DNA from: Escherichia coli | GTDB taxonomy: Bacteria > Pseudomonadota > Gammaproteobacteria > Enterobacterales > Enterobacteriaceae | NCBI RefSeq assembly: GCF_030384885.1 | Contig: NZ_CP128613.1 | Direction: 5' to 3' (one strand) | Length of the DNA: 64,000 nt | Part shown: positions 1-12,558 of the stretch, piece after piece | Layout of the letters: each line of letters opens with the position of its first letter | Numbering within the stretch: position 1 is the first letter of the stretch | Notes under the pieces: generated by a model | Told to the model about the DNA's origin: nothing | The model's input: only the letters and a program-made list of their open reading frames with translations | Database searches by the model: none | Translations under genes and position numbers: made by a program

Positions 1-1298
1 CGTTTCATGGGTCAGCAGCAGGGCGATTAACGTCAAGCCAGCCATCGCCGCCAGATATAACCCCACCGCACCTAACCCGTAGTTAGTCTGCAACCAGGCT
101 GCGATATATGGCGCAACGGAAGCCCCAAGAATCGACGATACGTTGTAAGAGAACGATGCTCCGGTGTAACGCACTTCTGTCGGGAACAGCTCTGGTAACA
201 GCGCGCCCATCGGCCCGAAGGTCAGTCCCATCAGACTTAACCCCAGCAGCAGGAAGGCAAAAACCAGAATCGGGTTGCCAGAACCGAGCAGCGGGTTAAA
301 GGCGAACAGCGCGAACAGGATGATCAGCGTGGTGATGATTACCATGCTTTTACGGCGACCAAAGGCATCAGCCAGTAATCCGGCGACTGGCACCATCACG
401 CCAAAACCAATCACTGCCATCATCAGCATCCACAACACTTCGTTACGCGGCAGGCCAAGCCCAACTGGCGCGGCGGCGGTACTAAAGGTCATAGAGTAGA
501 CCGTCATGATGTAAAACAGCGTATAGGTTGCCAGCATAATGAACGTACCCAGTACGGTTACGCGAACATGTTTGGTCAGCAGCGTACCCAGCGGGATCTT
601 CACCTGTTTTTTCGCTTTAGCGACTTTCTCAAACACCGGCGACTCATGCAGCGATACGCGAACATACAGGCCGATAATGACCAGCACCGCCGAGAAGATA
701 AATGGCACCCGCCAGCCCCAGCTCATAAACTGCTCGTCGGTCAGTAGCCAGGAAAGCAGTAAGAAAGTGCCGTTGGCAAAGAAGAAGCCAATCGGTGCGC
801 CCAGCTGCGGGAAGGAGCCGTACAATGCACGTTTGCGCGGTGGTGCGTTCTCGGTTGCCAGCAGCGCCGCTCCGCCCCATTCGCCGCCTAAGCCCAGACC
901 CTGACCAAATCGAGCCAGTGCCAGCAGCAGCGGGGCGAAAATACCAATCGTGGCATAGCCCGGCAGCAGACCAATCACCACGGTCGAAATCCCCATCGTT
1001 AGCAACGAGGCGACCAGCGTCGCTTTACGCCCAACGCGATCGCCAAAATGACCAAAGACGGCAGAGCCAATAGGGCGCGCGACGAAGGCGATGGCGAAGG
1101 TGGCAAGCGACTGTAGCGTTGCTGCCGTAGGATCACCCTGTGGGAAGAAGATATGCGGGAACACAATAACGGCTGCCGTTGCGTAAATATAGAAGTCGAA
1201 GAACTCAATGGCTGTACCGATGAGTGAGGCAACCAGAACTTTATTACGTGAGTTTACCGGCGTAAATTCCTGGTTATTTTCGAGTGTTGTGGCTGTTG
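1..1298 (-). CDS. yhjE: MFS-family transporter YhjE; N-terminus and start codon present (ATG at 1296-1298 on minus strand), C-terminus runs off the left edge
   Basis: Open minus-strand frame from window edge to ATG; translation has multi-TM MFS character; position next to yhjD as in K-12. Not in ORF track because truncated. Confidence 0.8.
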
Positions 1299-1611
1299 CT
1301 TGCATAATCTTTTCTTATTTTTTGGCTAACGAATAGCCATATTACGCACAGCAAAAGTGATATTTCAATGTGTAACAAATCGCGGAGTTGGTCGAAAATC
1401 AGCCAAAAAGGGAATAATGTTTAAGCTGGTGATTTTTCTTCTATGAAATGCTTCACATAATTTCATAAATGGTGGATAAAACTGGTTTTAGGTTAAATAA
1501 AAGTTACCAACTGGATTTATATGCTGGAGTAATGAGTTGGAATGAAATTGTTTGCTCCTAAGAGATGACAGAAAAGGCTCTGGGGAAGAGTTTAAGTGGT
1601 TATGTGCGCAT

Positions 1612-1710
1612 GATAGCCGGATGCGATGCTGGCGCATTTTATCCGGCCTACGGGGAGCCAGGCCGAATAAATTCGTAGGCCGGATAAGGCGTTACGCTGC
1701 ATCCGGCATA
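1612..1710. repeat. REP/BIME-type palindromic repeats (two inverted REP units)
   Basis: GCCGGATGCG...CGCATTTTATCCGGCCTAC and GTAGGCCGGATAAGGCGTTACGCTGCATCCGGCA, typical enterobacterial REP consensus, between convergent/tandem gene ends. Confidence 0.6.
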
Positions 1711-1712
1711 TT

Positions 1713-2726
1713 TTAAGACTGCGTTTTCCCCGGCATTCTCGGGTCGTCTTTGTATTCGGCGGTGGCAATCCACGCCGCGCAAAACAGCGTCAGACGAGCG
1801 AAGAAGTAGAAAAACGCCATCAGTCCCAGCACGGAGCCAAATGCTGCGCCAGACGGAGATTTCATCAGCGATGGCAGTGTGTAGGTCATCACGATTTTAA
1901 TCACTTCAAAACCTATAGCAGCAAGAAATGTTCCGCGAATTAGCGCTTTTTTGCGCGGACGGTGGCGCGGCAATCGCCAAAAGATCCAGAAGAAAAGCAG
2001 ATAGTTGGCGAAGATGGAAATCGCAAGACCAATCAACCGCCACGTTGGTTTCAGCCACTCAATGCTGTTCAGGTGCAGGGCGCTAATAATCATTTGCTGC
2101 GCCGAACCGGCAACCGAGGTGATCGAAAGCGTCACAATGAGCGCAATCAACAAACCAATCAGCGAAATAAAATCACGCAGATATTTAACCCAAAATTTTT
2201 CCTGATCCTGTGGCGAACGTTCCCAGACATCGCGCGATTGAGCGCGAATCGCTTCACGCAGGTTACCCATCCAGTTGATGCCGGAATAAAGCGCCACCGC
2301 CAGGCCGACAAGCCCTACCGTCGTACGCTGTTGAACGGCGGTATTGATGGTGTTTTTCAATGTAGCTGCCAGCGTCGGATCGCTAATATTTTGCAGAATT
2401 TTGTCGAAGATATCCTGCAGCAGCATCGGATGGGAGGCCAGAACGAAACCAGCGGCGGCAAACGACACCATCAAAATCGGAATCATCGACAAAAATGAGA
2501 AATAGGTGATAGCCGCACCAAACTGATTACCCAGCCGATCGTTAAAGCGTTCAGTCGCGCGAATCAGGTGCGCAATAATCGGTTGGCGTTGGACTTTTTC
2601 GGCAGTAGTGGTGACGGTTTCCAGCGCCTGGCTAACTTTGCCGCCTTTCTCGCTATTATCCAGCGGTTTAATCGGCTCGAGCTCCAGATCCTGGGTGGGA
2701 CGTTTAATCTCGTTTTCCTGCGTCAT
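1713..2726 (-). CDS. yhjD: inner membrane protein YhjD (YihY/BrkB-family)
   Basis: 337-aa ORF, multi-TM, length and context match K-12 yhjD. Confidence 0.9.
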   Translation of the reverse strand: MTQENEIKRPTQDLELEPIKPLDNSEKGGKVSQALETVTTTAEKVQRQPIIAHLIRATERFNDRLGNQFGAAITYFSFLSMIPILMVSFAAAGFVLASHPMLLQDIFDKILQNISDPTLAATLKNTINTAVQQRTTVGLVGLAVALYSGINWMGNLREAIRAQSRDVWERSPQDQEKFWVKYLRDFISLIGLLIALIVTLSITSVAGSAQQMIISALHLNSIEWLKPTWRLIGLAISIFANYLLFFWIFWRLPRHRPRKKALIRGTFLAAIGFEVIKIVMTYTLPSLMKSPSGAAFGSVLGLMAFFYFFARLTLFCAAWIATAEYKDDPRMPGKTQS

Positions 2727-2774
2727 CCGCTCATTTATCCTTCTGTCTTTATCATTCTTAAAAAGTATAGTCTG

Positions 2775-3674
2775 TCAGTCTAGGTACTCTTTCATTACGC
2801 CAGCCAGCCACTGCATAAACAGGTTTACACGCCGGGAAAGCTCCCGACGCTGCGGATAAACCAGCGAAAGGGAGAGCGGCTCGGCACGGTAGCCAGGTAA
2901 TACTTCAATAAGCCGCCCGGCACGCAGGGCTTCGCGCACGGCAATGCGCGGGATCTGGATAATCCCCAGACCGGCAAGACCGGCGGCGAGATAGTTTTCG
3001 CTACTGTTTACCGTCAACATGCCGCCAGACTTAAACCACTGGACACCATTAACGCTGGCAACCTCAAAACCTAACGGATGTACGCCCAGGTGCGGTGTGT
3101 AACGCACTATTGCGTGTGAAGTCAGATCATCGGGGCTTTGCGGATAACCAAAGCGCGTCAGATAGTGCGGACTGGCACAGTTGACCATGGTCAGTTTGCC
3201 GAGGGGACGGGCGATAACGCCATCTTCCGATAACGCGCCAGTGCGTATCACGCAATCAAAACCATCATGAAGAATATCTACCGGACGGTCATGGCTACTC
3301 AGTTCCAGCTCAATTCCCGGATGCTGATAGAGAAATTCCGACAGGCGCGGCAGTAACAGGCTTTTCGCGATTCCTGGTGGGATGTCGATGCGTAATTTAC
3401 CGCTGATACTGGTGGCATCCTGTTGAAACAGACCGTCCAGTTCGTTGAGATTACTCAACACATCTTTTGCCCGTTGATAATAGGTCATGCCTTCTGGCGT
3501 GAGTTTGACCCGTCGCGTGGTGCGCTGGAGAAGCTGGGTGCCAAGTTGATGTTCCAGTGCCTGTATCTGGCGCGAAACGCTTCCCTTTGGCAAAGCAAAG
3601 AAATCCGCTGCGCGGGAAAAACTTTCCAGCTCCGCGACTTTGATGAACAACTGCATTGCGTGAATTTTATCCAT
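2775..3674 (-). CDS. yhjC: LysR-type transcriptional regulator
   Basis: 299-aa ORF with N-terminal LysR HTH (MQLFIKVAELESFSRAA) and substrate-binding domain. Confidence 0.9.
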   Translation of the reverse strand: MDKIHAMQLFIKVAELESFSRAADFFALPKGSVSRQIQALEHQLGTQLLQRTTRRVKLTPEGMTYYQRAKDVLSNLNELDGLFQQDATSISGKLRIDIPPGIAKSLLLPRLSEFLYQHPGIELELSSHDRPVDILHDGFDCVIRTGALSEDGVIARPLGKLTMVNCASPHYLTRFGYPQSPDDLTSHAIVRYTPHLGVHPLGFEVASVNGVQWFKSGGMLTVNSSENYLAAGLAGLGIIQIPRIAVREALRAGRLIEVLPGYRAEPLSLSLVYPQRRELSRRVNLFMQWLAGVMKEYLD

Positions 3675-4192
3675 TTCTTTGGCCGATTGTTGTTCACAGC
3701 GAAACAGTAACGCGCATATCGCATTGTTTATTGTTTTTCTAACATCTAATGCTGGGTTTCACAATGTTGTCATGACGAATGTGGCGATTTCTCAGTAGGA
3801 AAAGGGTGGAATAGCTTTATGAGAAAGGTGAATCCCCTTAAACAGAGCGTATTTTTCAGCGATTCCCTTTAAAGTGAACAGAGGACGTATTGGCTATTTG
3901 TGCTTATTTTTGTCTCATTGCCGTTTGTTATTTTGGCTTGTGGTCGCGGAATTTCATTTTTAATTGCATGCGTACTAGCCATCAATATAAGGAAATCCTC
4001 AAAATTGTTTTAAATAATGCCCTCGACATGTAATTTCAGGCGCTTAGCTGTAACTATTTATATCGGTAACTATTTTCTACGCGTCATCTCTGTAGAATGG
4101 CCACCGCCAAATGGCGAATTCTTATTTTTTCTCGCGGGTAATACCCTTCCACTACTTAAGTCTTTTTAACGTATTCAGGTGGAGATTCAGTT

Positions 4193-4795
4193 ATGCAAAT
4201 AGTCATGTTTGACAGGCAGTCAATATTTATTCATGGAATGAAAATCAGTTTACAGCAACGTATTCCAGGAGTGAGTATTCAGGGGGCCAGTCAGGCAGAC
4301 GAGTTATGGCAAAAGCTGGAAAGTTACCCTGAAGCCTTAGTGATGCTCGATGGCGATCAGGATGGTGAGTTTTGCTACTGGTTGCTGCAAAAAACCGTGG
4401 TGCAATTTCCTGAGGTTAAGGTGTTAATTACGGCGACGGATTGCAATAAACGGTGGTTACAGGAAGTTATTCATTTTAATGTGCTGGCCATTGTGCCTCG
4501 TGATTCAACCGTCGAGACATTTGCGTTGGCGGTCAATAGTGCGGCGATGGGGATGATGTTTCTGCCTGGAGACTGGCGAACGACGCCGGAAAAGGACATT
4601 AAAGATCTCAAATCGTTAAGCGCCCGCCAGCGGGAGATTTTAACCATGTTAGCGGCGGGCGAATCAAATAAAGAGATCGGCAGGGCGCTGAATATCAGTA
4701 CCGGAACGGTAAAAGCGCATCTGGAATCACTGTATCGCCGTCTGGAAGTGAAAAATCGCACCCAGGCGGCAATGATGTTAAATATCTCCTCCTGA
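4193..4795 (+). CDS. yhjB: LuxR/FixJ-family response-regulator-like DNA-binding protein
   Basis: 200-aa ORF, C-terminal LuxR HTH (LSARQREILTMLAAGESNKEIGRALNISTGTVKAHL). Confidence 0.9.
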   Translation: MQIVMFDRQSIFIHGMKISLQQRIPGVSIQGASQADELWQKLESYPEALVMLDGDQDGEFCYWLLQKTVVQFPEVKVLITATDCNKRWLQEVIHFNVLAIVPRDSTVETFALAVNSAAMGMMFLPGDWRTTPEKDIKDLKSLSARQREILTMLAAGESNKEIGRALNISTGTVKAHLESLYRRLEVKNRTQAAMMLNISS

Positions 4796-4808
4796 AGAGG
4801 ATAATTTT

Positions 4809-4838
4809 ACAGCCAGCAGGAAGTTAGCGGCTGGCTGT
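4809..4838. other. 9-bp inverted repeat (ACAGCCAGC / GCTGGCTGT) between convergent yhjB and treF stops; U-tract precedes rather than follows the stem on both strands, so not a canonical intrinsic terminator
   Basis: Read directly from sequence. Confidence 0.4.
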
Positions 4839-4845
4839 AAAAATA

Positions 4846-6525
<1,680 letters not shown>

Positions 6526-6778
6526 TTATCGGGCTTTTCTTTAAGGGTAGTCATTCGCTCCGCCTGGTGGGCGACAAAGCGTGCGGTGGATCACGTTTAT
6601 TAACTTGTCAAAAAATATAACGCACTAATATCAATAGAATTTATAAAAATACGGATTCCGTGTTGTTTTTCATTTTCAGAACATTCAATCCTGCTCTCGT
6701 CGCAATCATGATATGCCATCCCTGCTCTTTATAATAGGCACAGGCTATCTTATTGATAGTTTATATTCATGTAATTGA

Positions 6779-6792
6779 TTGATTCCTATCAA
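6779..6792. promoter_or_regulatory. FNR-type site TTGAT-N4-ATCAA upstream of yhjA
   Basis: Perfect TTGATtcctATCAA about 115 bp upstream of the yhjA ATG; yhjA is recalled as FNR/OxyR-activated. Confidence 0.55.
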
Positions 6793-6899
6793 AAAGCGTA
6801 TTTCCCTGTTTTTTATGATGGCTTTGTCTCGCAGAGACGTTTGCAGCATTCTGGAAAATTTTCTGGGTCACAATAACTCACCACCGTGAGGGAAGAATA

Positions 6900-8297
6900 A
6901 TGAAAATGGTCTCACGTATTACCGCGATCGGCCTGGCTGGCGTCGCGATTTGCTATTTAGGGTTATCTGGTTATGTGTGGTACCACGATAATAAACGCAG
7001 TAAACAGGCCGATGTTCAGGCATCTGCTGTCAGTGAAAATAATCAGGTTTTAGGTTTTCTTCGCGAAAAAGGATGCGACTATTGTCATACGCCTTCGGCA
7101 GAATTACCCGCCTATTATTATATTCCTGGCGCGAAACAGTTGATGGATTACGACATTAAGCTTGGATATAAATCTTTTAACCTCGAGGCCGTGCGTGCGG
7201 CTCTGTTGGCAGATAAACCCGTTTCGCAAAGCGATCTGAATAAGATTGAATGGGTGATGCAGTATGAAACTATGCCGCCAACGCGTTACACCGCGCTACA
7301 CTGGGCGGGTAAGGTGAGTGATGAAGAGCGGGCGGAAATACTTGCCTGGATTGCAAAACAGCGCGCGGAATATTACGCCAGTAATGATACTGCTCCGGAG
7401 CATCGCAATGAACCGGTGCAGCCTATTCCGCAAAAACTGCCTACCGATGCGCAAAAAGTGGCGTTGGGTTTTACGCTGTATCATGATCCCCGTTTATCGG
7501 CTGATAGCACCATTTCATGTGCACATTGCCATGCGTTAAATGCGGGTGGCGTTGATGGCAGAAAAACGTCGATTGGTGTTGGTGGTGCCGTTGGACCGAT
7601 TAACGCACCGACGGTCTTTAACTCAGTATTTAACGTTGAGCAGTTCTGGGATGGTCGTGCGGCAACATTGCAGGATCAGGCGGGGGGACCGCCGTTGAAC
7701 CCGATTGAAATGGCGTCGAAATCCTGGGACGAAATTATTGCTAAGCTGGAAAAAGATCCGCAGCTTAAAGCGCAGTTCCTCGAAGTCTATCCGCAAGGTT
7801 TCAGTGGCGAAAATATTACTGATGCTATTGCTGAATTTGAGAAAACATTAATTACGCCGGATTCCCCATTTGATAAATGGTTGCGTGGAGATGAGAATGC
7901 GCTGACGGTGCAACAGAAAAAAGGCTATCAATTATTTAAAGATAATAAATGTGCAACTTGTCATGGTGGTATTATTCTCGGCGGACGTTCTTTCGAGCCG
8001 TTGGGGCTGAAAAAAGACTTTAACTTTGGGGAAATTACGGCGGCGGATATTGGTCGTATGAATGTTACTAAAGAAGAGCGTGATAAATTGCGTCAGAAAG
8101 TACCCGGTTTACGTAACGTTGCTTTAACGGCACCGTACTTCCATCGCGGTGACGTGCCGACGCTGGACGGGGCGGTAAAACTGATGCTGCGCTATCAGGT
8201 AGGCAAAGAGCTGCCGCAGGAGGATGTGGATGATATCGTAGCTTTCCTGCACAGTCTGAACGGGGTATATACGCCGTATATGCAGGATAAACAATAA
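6900..8297 (+). CDS. yhjA: di-haem cytochrome c peroxidase
   Basis: 465-aa ORF with signal/TM start and CxxCH haem motifs (CAHCH, CATCH). Confidence 0.92.
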   Translation: MKMVSRITAIGLAGVAICYLGLSGYVWYHDNKRSKQADVQASAVSENNQVLGFLREKGCDYCHTPSAELPAYYYIPGAKQLMDYDIKLGYKSFNLEAVRAALLADKPVSQSDLNKIEWVMQYETMPPTRYTALHWAGKVSDEERAEILAWIAKQRAEYYASNDTAPEHRNEPVQPIPQKLPTDAQKVALGFTLYHDPRLSADSTISCAHCHALNAGGVDGRKTSIGVGGAVGPINAPTVFNSVFNVEQFWDGRAATLQDQAGGPPLNPIEMASKSWDEIIAKLEKDPQLKAQFLEVYPQGFSGENITDAIAEFEKTLITPDSPFDKWLRGDENALTVQQKKGYQLFKDNKCATCHGGIILGGRSFEPLGLKKDFNFGEITAADIGRMNVTKEERDKLRQKVPGLRNVALTAPYFHRGDVPTLDGAVKLMLRYQVGKELPQEDVDDIVAFLHSLNGVYTPYMQDKQ

Positions 8298-8408
8298 TTA
8301 ATTTGATCGCCTGAACAGGAATGTTTGGGCGATTTTTATTACGACAATAAAGTCTGTTTTTAATATTATCATGTTAAATGTTTATATTATAAAAAGTCGT
8401 TTTTCTGC

Positions 8409-8428
8409 TTAGGATTTTGTTATTTAAA
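8409..8428. promoter_or_regulatory. GAD box (GadE/GadX-dependent activation site) of gadA promoter
   Basis: Exact TTAGGATTTTGTTATTTAAA 20-mer about 80 bp upstream of gadA ATG. Confidence 0.7.
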
Positions 8429-8507
8429 TTAAGCCTGTAATGCCTTGCTTCCATTGCGGATAAATCCTACTTTTTTATTGCCTTCAAATAAATTTAAGGA
8501 GTTCGAA

Positions 8508-9908
8508 ATGGACCAGAAGCTGTTAACGGATTTCCGCTCAGAACTACTCGATTCACGTTTTGGCGCAAAGGCCATTTCTACTATCGCGGAGTCAAAACGA
8601 TTTCCGCTGCACGAAATGCGCGATGATGTCGCATTCCAGATTATCAATGATGAATTATATCTTGATGGCAACGCTCGTCAGAACCTGGCCACTTTCTGCC
8701 AGACCTGGGACGACGAAAACGTCCATAAATTGATGGATTTGTCGATCAACAAAAACTGGATCGACAAAGAAGAATATCCGCAATCTGCAGCTATCGACCT
8801 GCGTTGCGTAAATATGGTTGCTGACTTGTGGCATGCGCCTGCGCCGAAAAATGGTCAGGCCGTTGGCACCAACACCATTGGCTCTTCCGAGGCCTGTATG
8901 CTCGGCGGGATGGCGATGAAATGGCGTTGGCGCAAGCGTATGGAAGCCGCAGGCAAGCCAACGGATAAACCTAATCTGGTGTGCGGCCCGGTACAAATCT
9001 GCTGGCATAAATTCGCCCGTTACTGGGATGTGGAGCTGCGTGAAATCCCTATGCGCCCCGGTCAGTTGTTTATGGATCCGAAACGCATGATTGAAGCCTG
9101 CGACGAAAACACCATCGGCGTGGTGCCGACTTTCGGCGTGACCTACACCGGTAACTATGAATTCCCGCAACCGCTGCACGATGCACTGGATAAATTCCAG
9201 GCCGACACCGGTATCGACATCGACATGCACATCGACGCCGCCAGCGGTGGCTTCCTGGCACCGTTCGTCGCCCCGGATATCGTCTGGGACTTCCGCCTGC
9301 CTCGTGTGAAATCGATCAGTGCTTCAGGCCACAAATTCGGTCTGGCTCCGCTGGGCTGCGGCTGGGTTATCTGGCGTGACGAAGAAGCGCTGCCGCAGGA
9401 ACTGGTATTCAACGTTGACTACCTCGGTGGTCAGATTGGCACTTTCGCCATCAACTTCTCCCGTCCGGCGGGCCAGGTAATTGCACAGTACTACGAGTTC
9501 TTGCGCCTCGGTCGTGAAGGCTATACCAAAGTACAGAACGCTTCCTACCAGGTAGCTGCCTATCTGGCAGATGAAATCGCCAAACTGGGGCCGTATGAGT
9601 TCATCTGTACCGGTCGCCCGGATGAAGGCATCCCGGCGGTTTGCTTCAAACTGAAAGATGGTGAAGATCCGGGATACACCCTGTATGACCTCTCTGAACG
9701 TCTGCGTCTGCGCGGCTGGCAGGTTCCGGCCTTCACCCTCGGCGGTGAAGCCACCGACATCGTGGTGATGCGCATTATGTGCCGTCGTGGCTTCGAAATG
9801 GACTTTGCTGAACTGTTACTGGAAGACTACAAAGCCTCCCTGAAATACCTCAGCGATCACCCGAAACTGCAGGGTATAGCCCAGCAGAACAGCTTTAAAC
9901 ACACCTGA
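8508..9908 (+). CDS. gadA: glutamate decarboxylase alpha (PLP-dependent)
   Basis: 466-aa product starting [12 protein letters not shown] at internal ATG of the 487-aa track ORF; PLP-lysine region [19 protein letters not shown]. Confidence 0.95.
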   Translation: MDQKLLTDFRSELLDSRFGAKAISTIAESKRFPLHEMRDDVAFQIINDELYLDGNARQNLATFCQTWDDENVHKLMDLSINKNWIDKEEYPQSAAIDLRCVNMVADLWHAPAPKNGQAVGTNTIGSSEACMLGGMAMKWRWRKRMEAAGKPTDKPNLVCGPVQICWHKFARYWDVELREIPMRPGQLFMDPKRMIEACDENTIGVVPTFGVTYTGNYEFPQPLHDALDKFQADTGIDIDMHIDAASGGFLAPFVAPDIVWDFRLPRVKSISASGHKFGLAPLGCGWVIWRDEEALPQELVFNVDYLGGQIGTFAINFSRPAGQVIAQYYEFLRLGREGYTKVQNASYQVAAYLADEIAKLGPYEFICTGRPDEGIPAVCFKLKDGEDPGYTLYDLSERLRLRGWQVPAFTLGGEATDIVVMRIMCRRGFEMDFAELLLEDYKASLKYLSDHPKLQGIAQQNSFKHT

Positions 9909-10276
9909 TAACATAATTTTGTAAAAACCGAATGCCCCGACCTTAAAAAACAGGTGGGGTATTCGGTTACTTATTCATGCAATAATATATTGGCTGTTTA
10001 TTCATCGTGTTGATAAGATATATGTTATATGAATGTTATTAAGGGTGGCAGGACCGTTTAATATCACAATAAGGGATTATTTGCTTACTAATAATTTCTC
10101 TGCGTTTTTAACGCCTTTTTTTGTATTATAAATCCAGTTATCCAGCCCGATTATCATCACACATCATCATCCTGTTTTCCCGCTTCGTTTAAATTTATTT
10201 ATCAATCAATTTGACTTAAGAGGGCGGCGTGCTACATTAATAAACAGTAATATGTTTATGTAATATTAAGCCGACT

Positions 10277-11101
10277 ATGCAATCACTACATGGTAATTGT
10301 CTAATTGCGTACGCAAGACATAAATATATTCTCACCATGGTTAATGGTGAATATCGCTATTTTAATGGCGGTGAACTGGTTTTTGCGGATGCAAGTCAAA
10401 TTCAAGTGGATAAGTGTGTCGAGAATTTTGTATTAGTTTCAAGGGACACGCTTTCATTATTTCTCCCGATGCTCAAGGAGGAGGCATTAAATCTTCATGC
10501 ACATAAAAAAGTTCCTTCGTTACTCGTTCATCACTGTACCAGAGATATTCCTGTTTTTCAGGAGGTTGCGCAACTATCGCAGAATAAGAATCTGCGCTAT
10601 GCAGAAATGCTCCGTAAAAGAGCATTAATCTTTGCGTTGTTATCTGTTTTCCTGGAGGACGAGCAGTTTATACCGCTGCTTCTGAACGTTTTGCAACCGA
10701 ACATGCGAACACGAGTTTGTACGGTCATCAATAATAATATCGCCCATGAGTGGACATTAGCCCAAATCGCCAGCGAGCTGTTGATGAGTTCAAGCCTGTT
10801 AAAGAAAAAATTGCGCGAAGAAGGTACGTCATATTCACAGTTGCTTACTGAGTGTAGAATGCAACGTGCTTTACAACTTATTGTTATACATGGGTTTTCA
10901 ATTAAAAGAGTCGCAGTGTCCTGTGGTTATCACAGCGTGTCGTATTTCATTTACGTTTTTCGAAATTATTATGGGATGACGCCCACAGAGTATCAGGAGC
11001 GATCGGCACAAGAATTGCCGAACCGTGACTCGGTGGCAAGTATTGTTGCACAAGGGAATTTTTACGGCACTGACCGTTCTGCGGAAGAAATAAGATTATA
11101 G
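10277..11101 (+). CDS. gadX: AraC-family acid-resistance regulator
   Basis: 274-aa ORF, C-terminal AraC HTH, AT-rich, position after gadA. Confidence 0.92.
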   Translation: MQSLHGNCLIAYARHKYILTMVNGEYRYFNGGELVFADASQIQVDKCVENFVLVSRDTLSLFLPMLKEEALNLHAHKKVPSLLVHHCTRDIPVFQEVAQLSQNKNLRYAEMLRKRALIFALLSVFLEDEQFIPLLLNVLQPNMRTRVCTVINNNIAHEWTLAQIASELLMSSSLLKKKLREEGTSYSQLLTECRMQRALQLIVIHGFSIKRVAVSCGYHSVSYFIYVFRNYYGMTPTEYQERSAQELPNRDSVASIVAQGNFYGTDRSAEEIRL

Positions 11102-11112
11102 TTTTTACCCAG

Positions 11113-11220
11113 ACATAAAAAAAACCCGGCATAGGGGACCGGGAAGAGGATAGTCTGCCGTCTCCAGACTAATAAACCGTTATAACACTCCCTGTTGGCA
11201 CGGGAAACTTTGTGCTCTCA
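11113..11220 (-). ncRNA. gadY: small RNA GadY (antisense to gadX 3' end); coordinates approximate
   Basis: GC-rich dyad (CCCGG...CCGGG) followed by a U8 tract on the minus strand immediately downstream of gadX stop, in the gadX-gadW spacer. Confidence 0.5.
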
Positions 11221-11468
11221 GTAAGTTAAATATAACTTTTACTGGAGATAAGATCAGCCATTTTTTTATAAACATAAGCTATGCGCTGTGTGAAAATATA
11301 TTCTTCTTGCATTTTCTTATTATCAATTAACTGTTATGTCAAACTACTTTTTGGATAACTTTTGGTCCTACCAAATATGGCAGTTTATGCACGAAGAAGC
11401 GGTCTGGCATCATTTCATTAGTATACTGAAATTGAAATAATCGCAGTAATGAAATATAAGGGATAGTC

Positions 11469-12197
11469 ATGACTCATGTCTGCTCGGTGATCCTCGTTCG
11501 TCGTTCATTGGATATTCATCATGAACAGCAAAAAATATCGTTGCACAACGAAAGTATTCTACTGCTGGATAAAAATTTGGCAGACGATTTTGCGTTTTGT
11601 TCACCGGATACGCGACGACTGGATATCGATGAGCTGACAGTTTGCCATTACTTACAAAATATTCGTCAGTTACCGCGCAATTTAGGGTTACATAGCAAAG
11701 ACCGTTTGTTAATTAACCAGTCCCCGCCCATGCCTCTGGTGACGGCGATTTTTGATAGTTTCAATGAATCCGGAGTAAATTCGCCGATACTGAGCAATAT
11801 GCTCTACCTTTCCTGTTTATCTATGTTTTCTCATAAGAAAGAACTAATCCCCTTACTTTTCAATAGTATCAGCACTGTTTCAGGAAAAGTTGAACGCCTT
11901 ATTAGCTTTGATATCGCTAAACGTTGGTATCTACGCGATATCGCGGAAAGAATGTATACCAGCGAGAGTCTAATCAAAAAAAAGTTGCAGGACGAAAATA
12001 CCTGTTTCAGTAAAATATTACTCGCTTCCAGGATGTCGATGGCCAGACGATTACTCGAGTTACGTCAAATTCCTTTGCATACTATTGCTGAAAAATGTGG
12101 GTATAGCAGTACGTCATACTTTATAAACACATTTCGACAATATTATGGTGTAACGCCACATCAGTTTGCGCAACATTCGCCGGGTACCTTTTCCTGA
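11469..12197 (+). CDS. gadW: AraC-family acid-resistance regulator
   Basis: 242-aa ORF, AraC HTH, paralog-like to gadX. Confidence 0.92.
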   Translation: MTHVCSVILVRRSLDIHHEQQKISLHNESILLLDKNLADDFAFCSPDTRRLDIDELTVCHYLQNIRQLPRNLGLHSKDRLLINQSPPMPLVTAIFDSFNESGVNSPILSNMLYLSCLSMFSHKKELIPLLFNSISTVSGKVERLISFDIAKRWYLRDIAERMYTSESLIKKKLQDENTCFSKILLASRMSMARRLLELRQIPLHTIAEKCGYSSTSYFINTFRQYYGVTPHQFAQHSPGTFS

Positions 12198-12558
12198 CCT
12201 ATTTCGTATTTGAATATTGGTCAGGATCTCGCACCTGCTTCATGTGAAACTCTTTCCTGATGATTTTGCCGGGCTACCGGCAAGATCTCTTTCGCAGTAT
12301 GCCAGGCGGTATAGGTATTTTCAGGAGGAAAAGACTCGGCATGTTTGGGATTATTAAGCTGACAATTCATACGATTACGGGAATGTGGGTCAGTATTGTG
12401 CTGTTCAAATTGATGACGAATGGCTGGAGTGGCTTCTACTTTCAGTGCTGTGTACTAAGCCTGGTATTCCTGACGGTCAGCTGGTTGTTGAGTGGTGAAT
12501 GGTTAGCAGGAAAGAGTAAGGCTGAACCCTCACGTTCAACCTTACTCTCATTTACACG

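Noticed and set aside
8445-8507. N-terminal extensions of track ORFs (gadA, gadE, slp, arsB, rlmJ, prlC, rsmJ, yhiN, yhiM, yhiI, yhhJ, nikR)
   Set aside because: Track ORFs start at the first possible start codon including GTG/TTG; internal starts that reproduce the expected protein lengths and N-termini were used instead.
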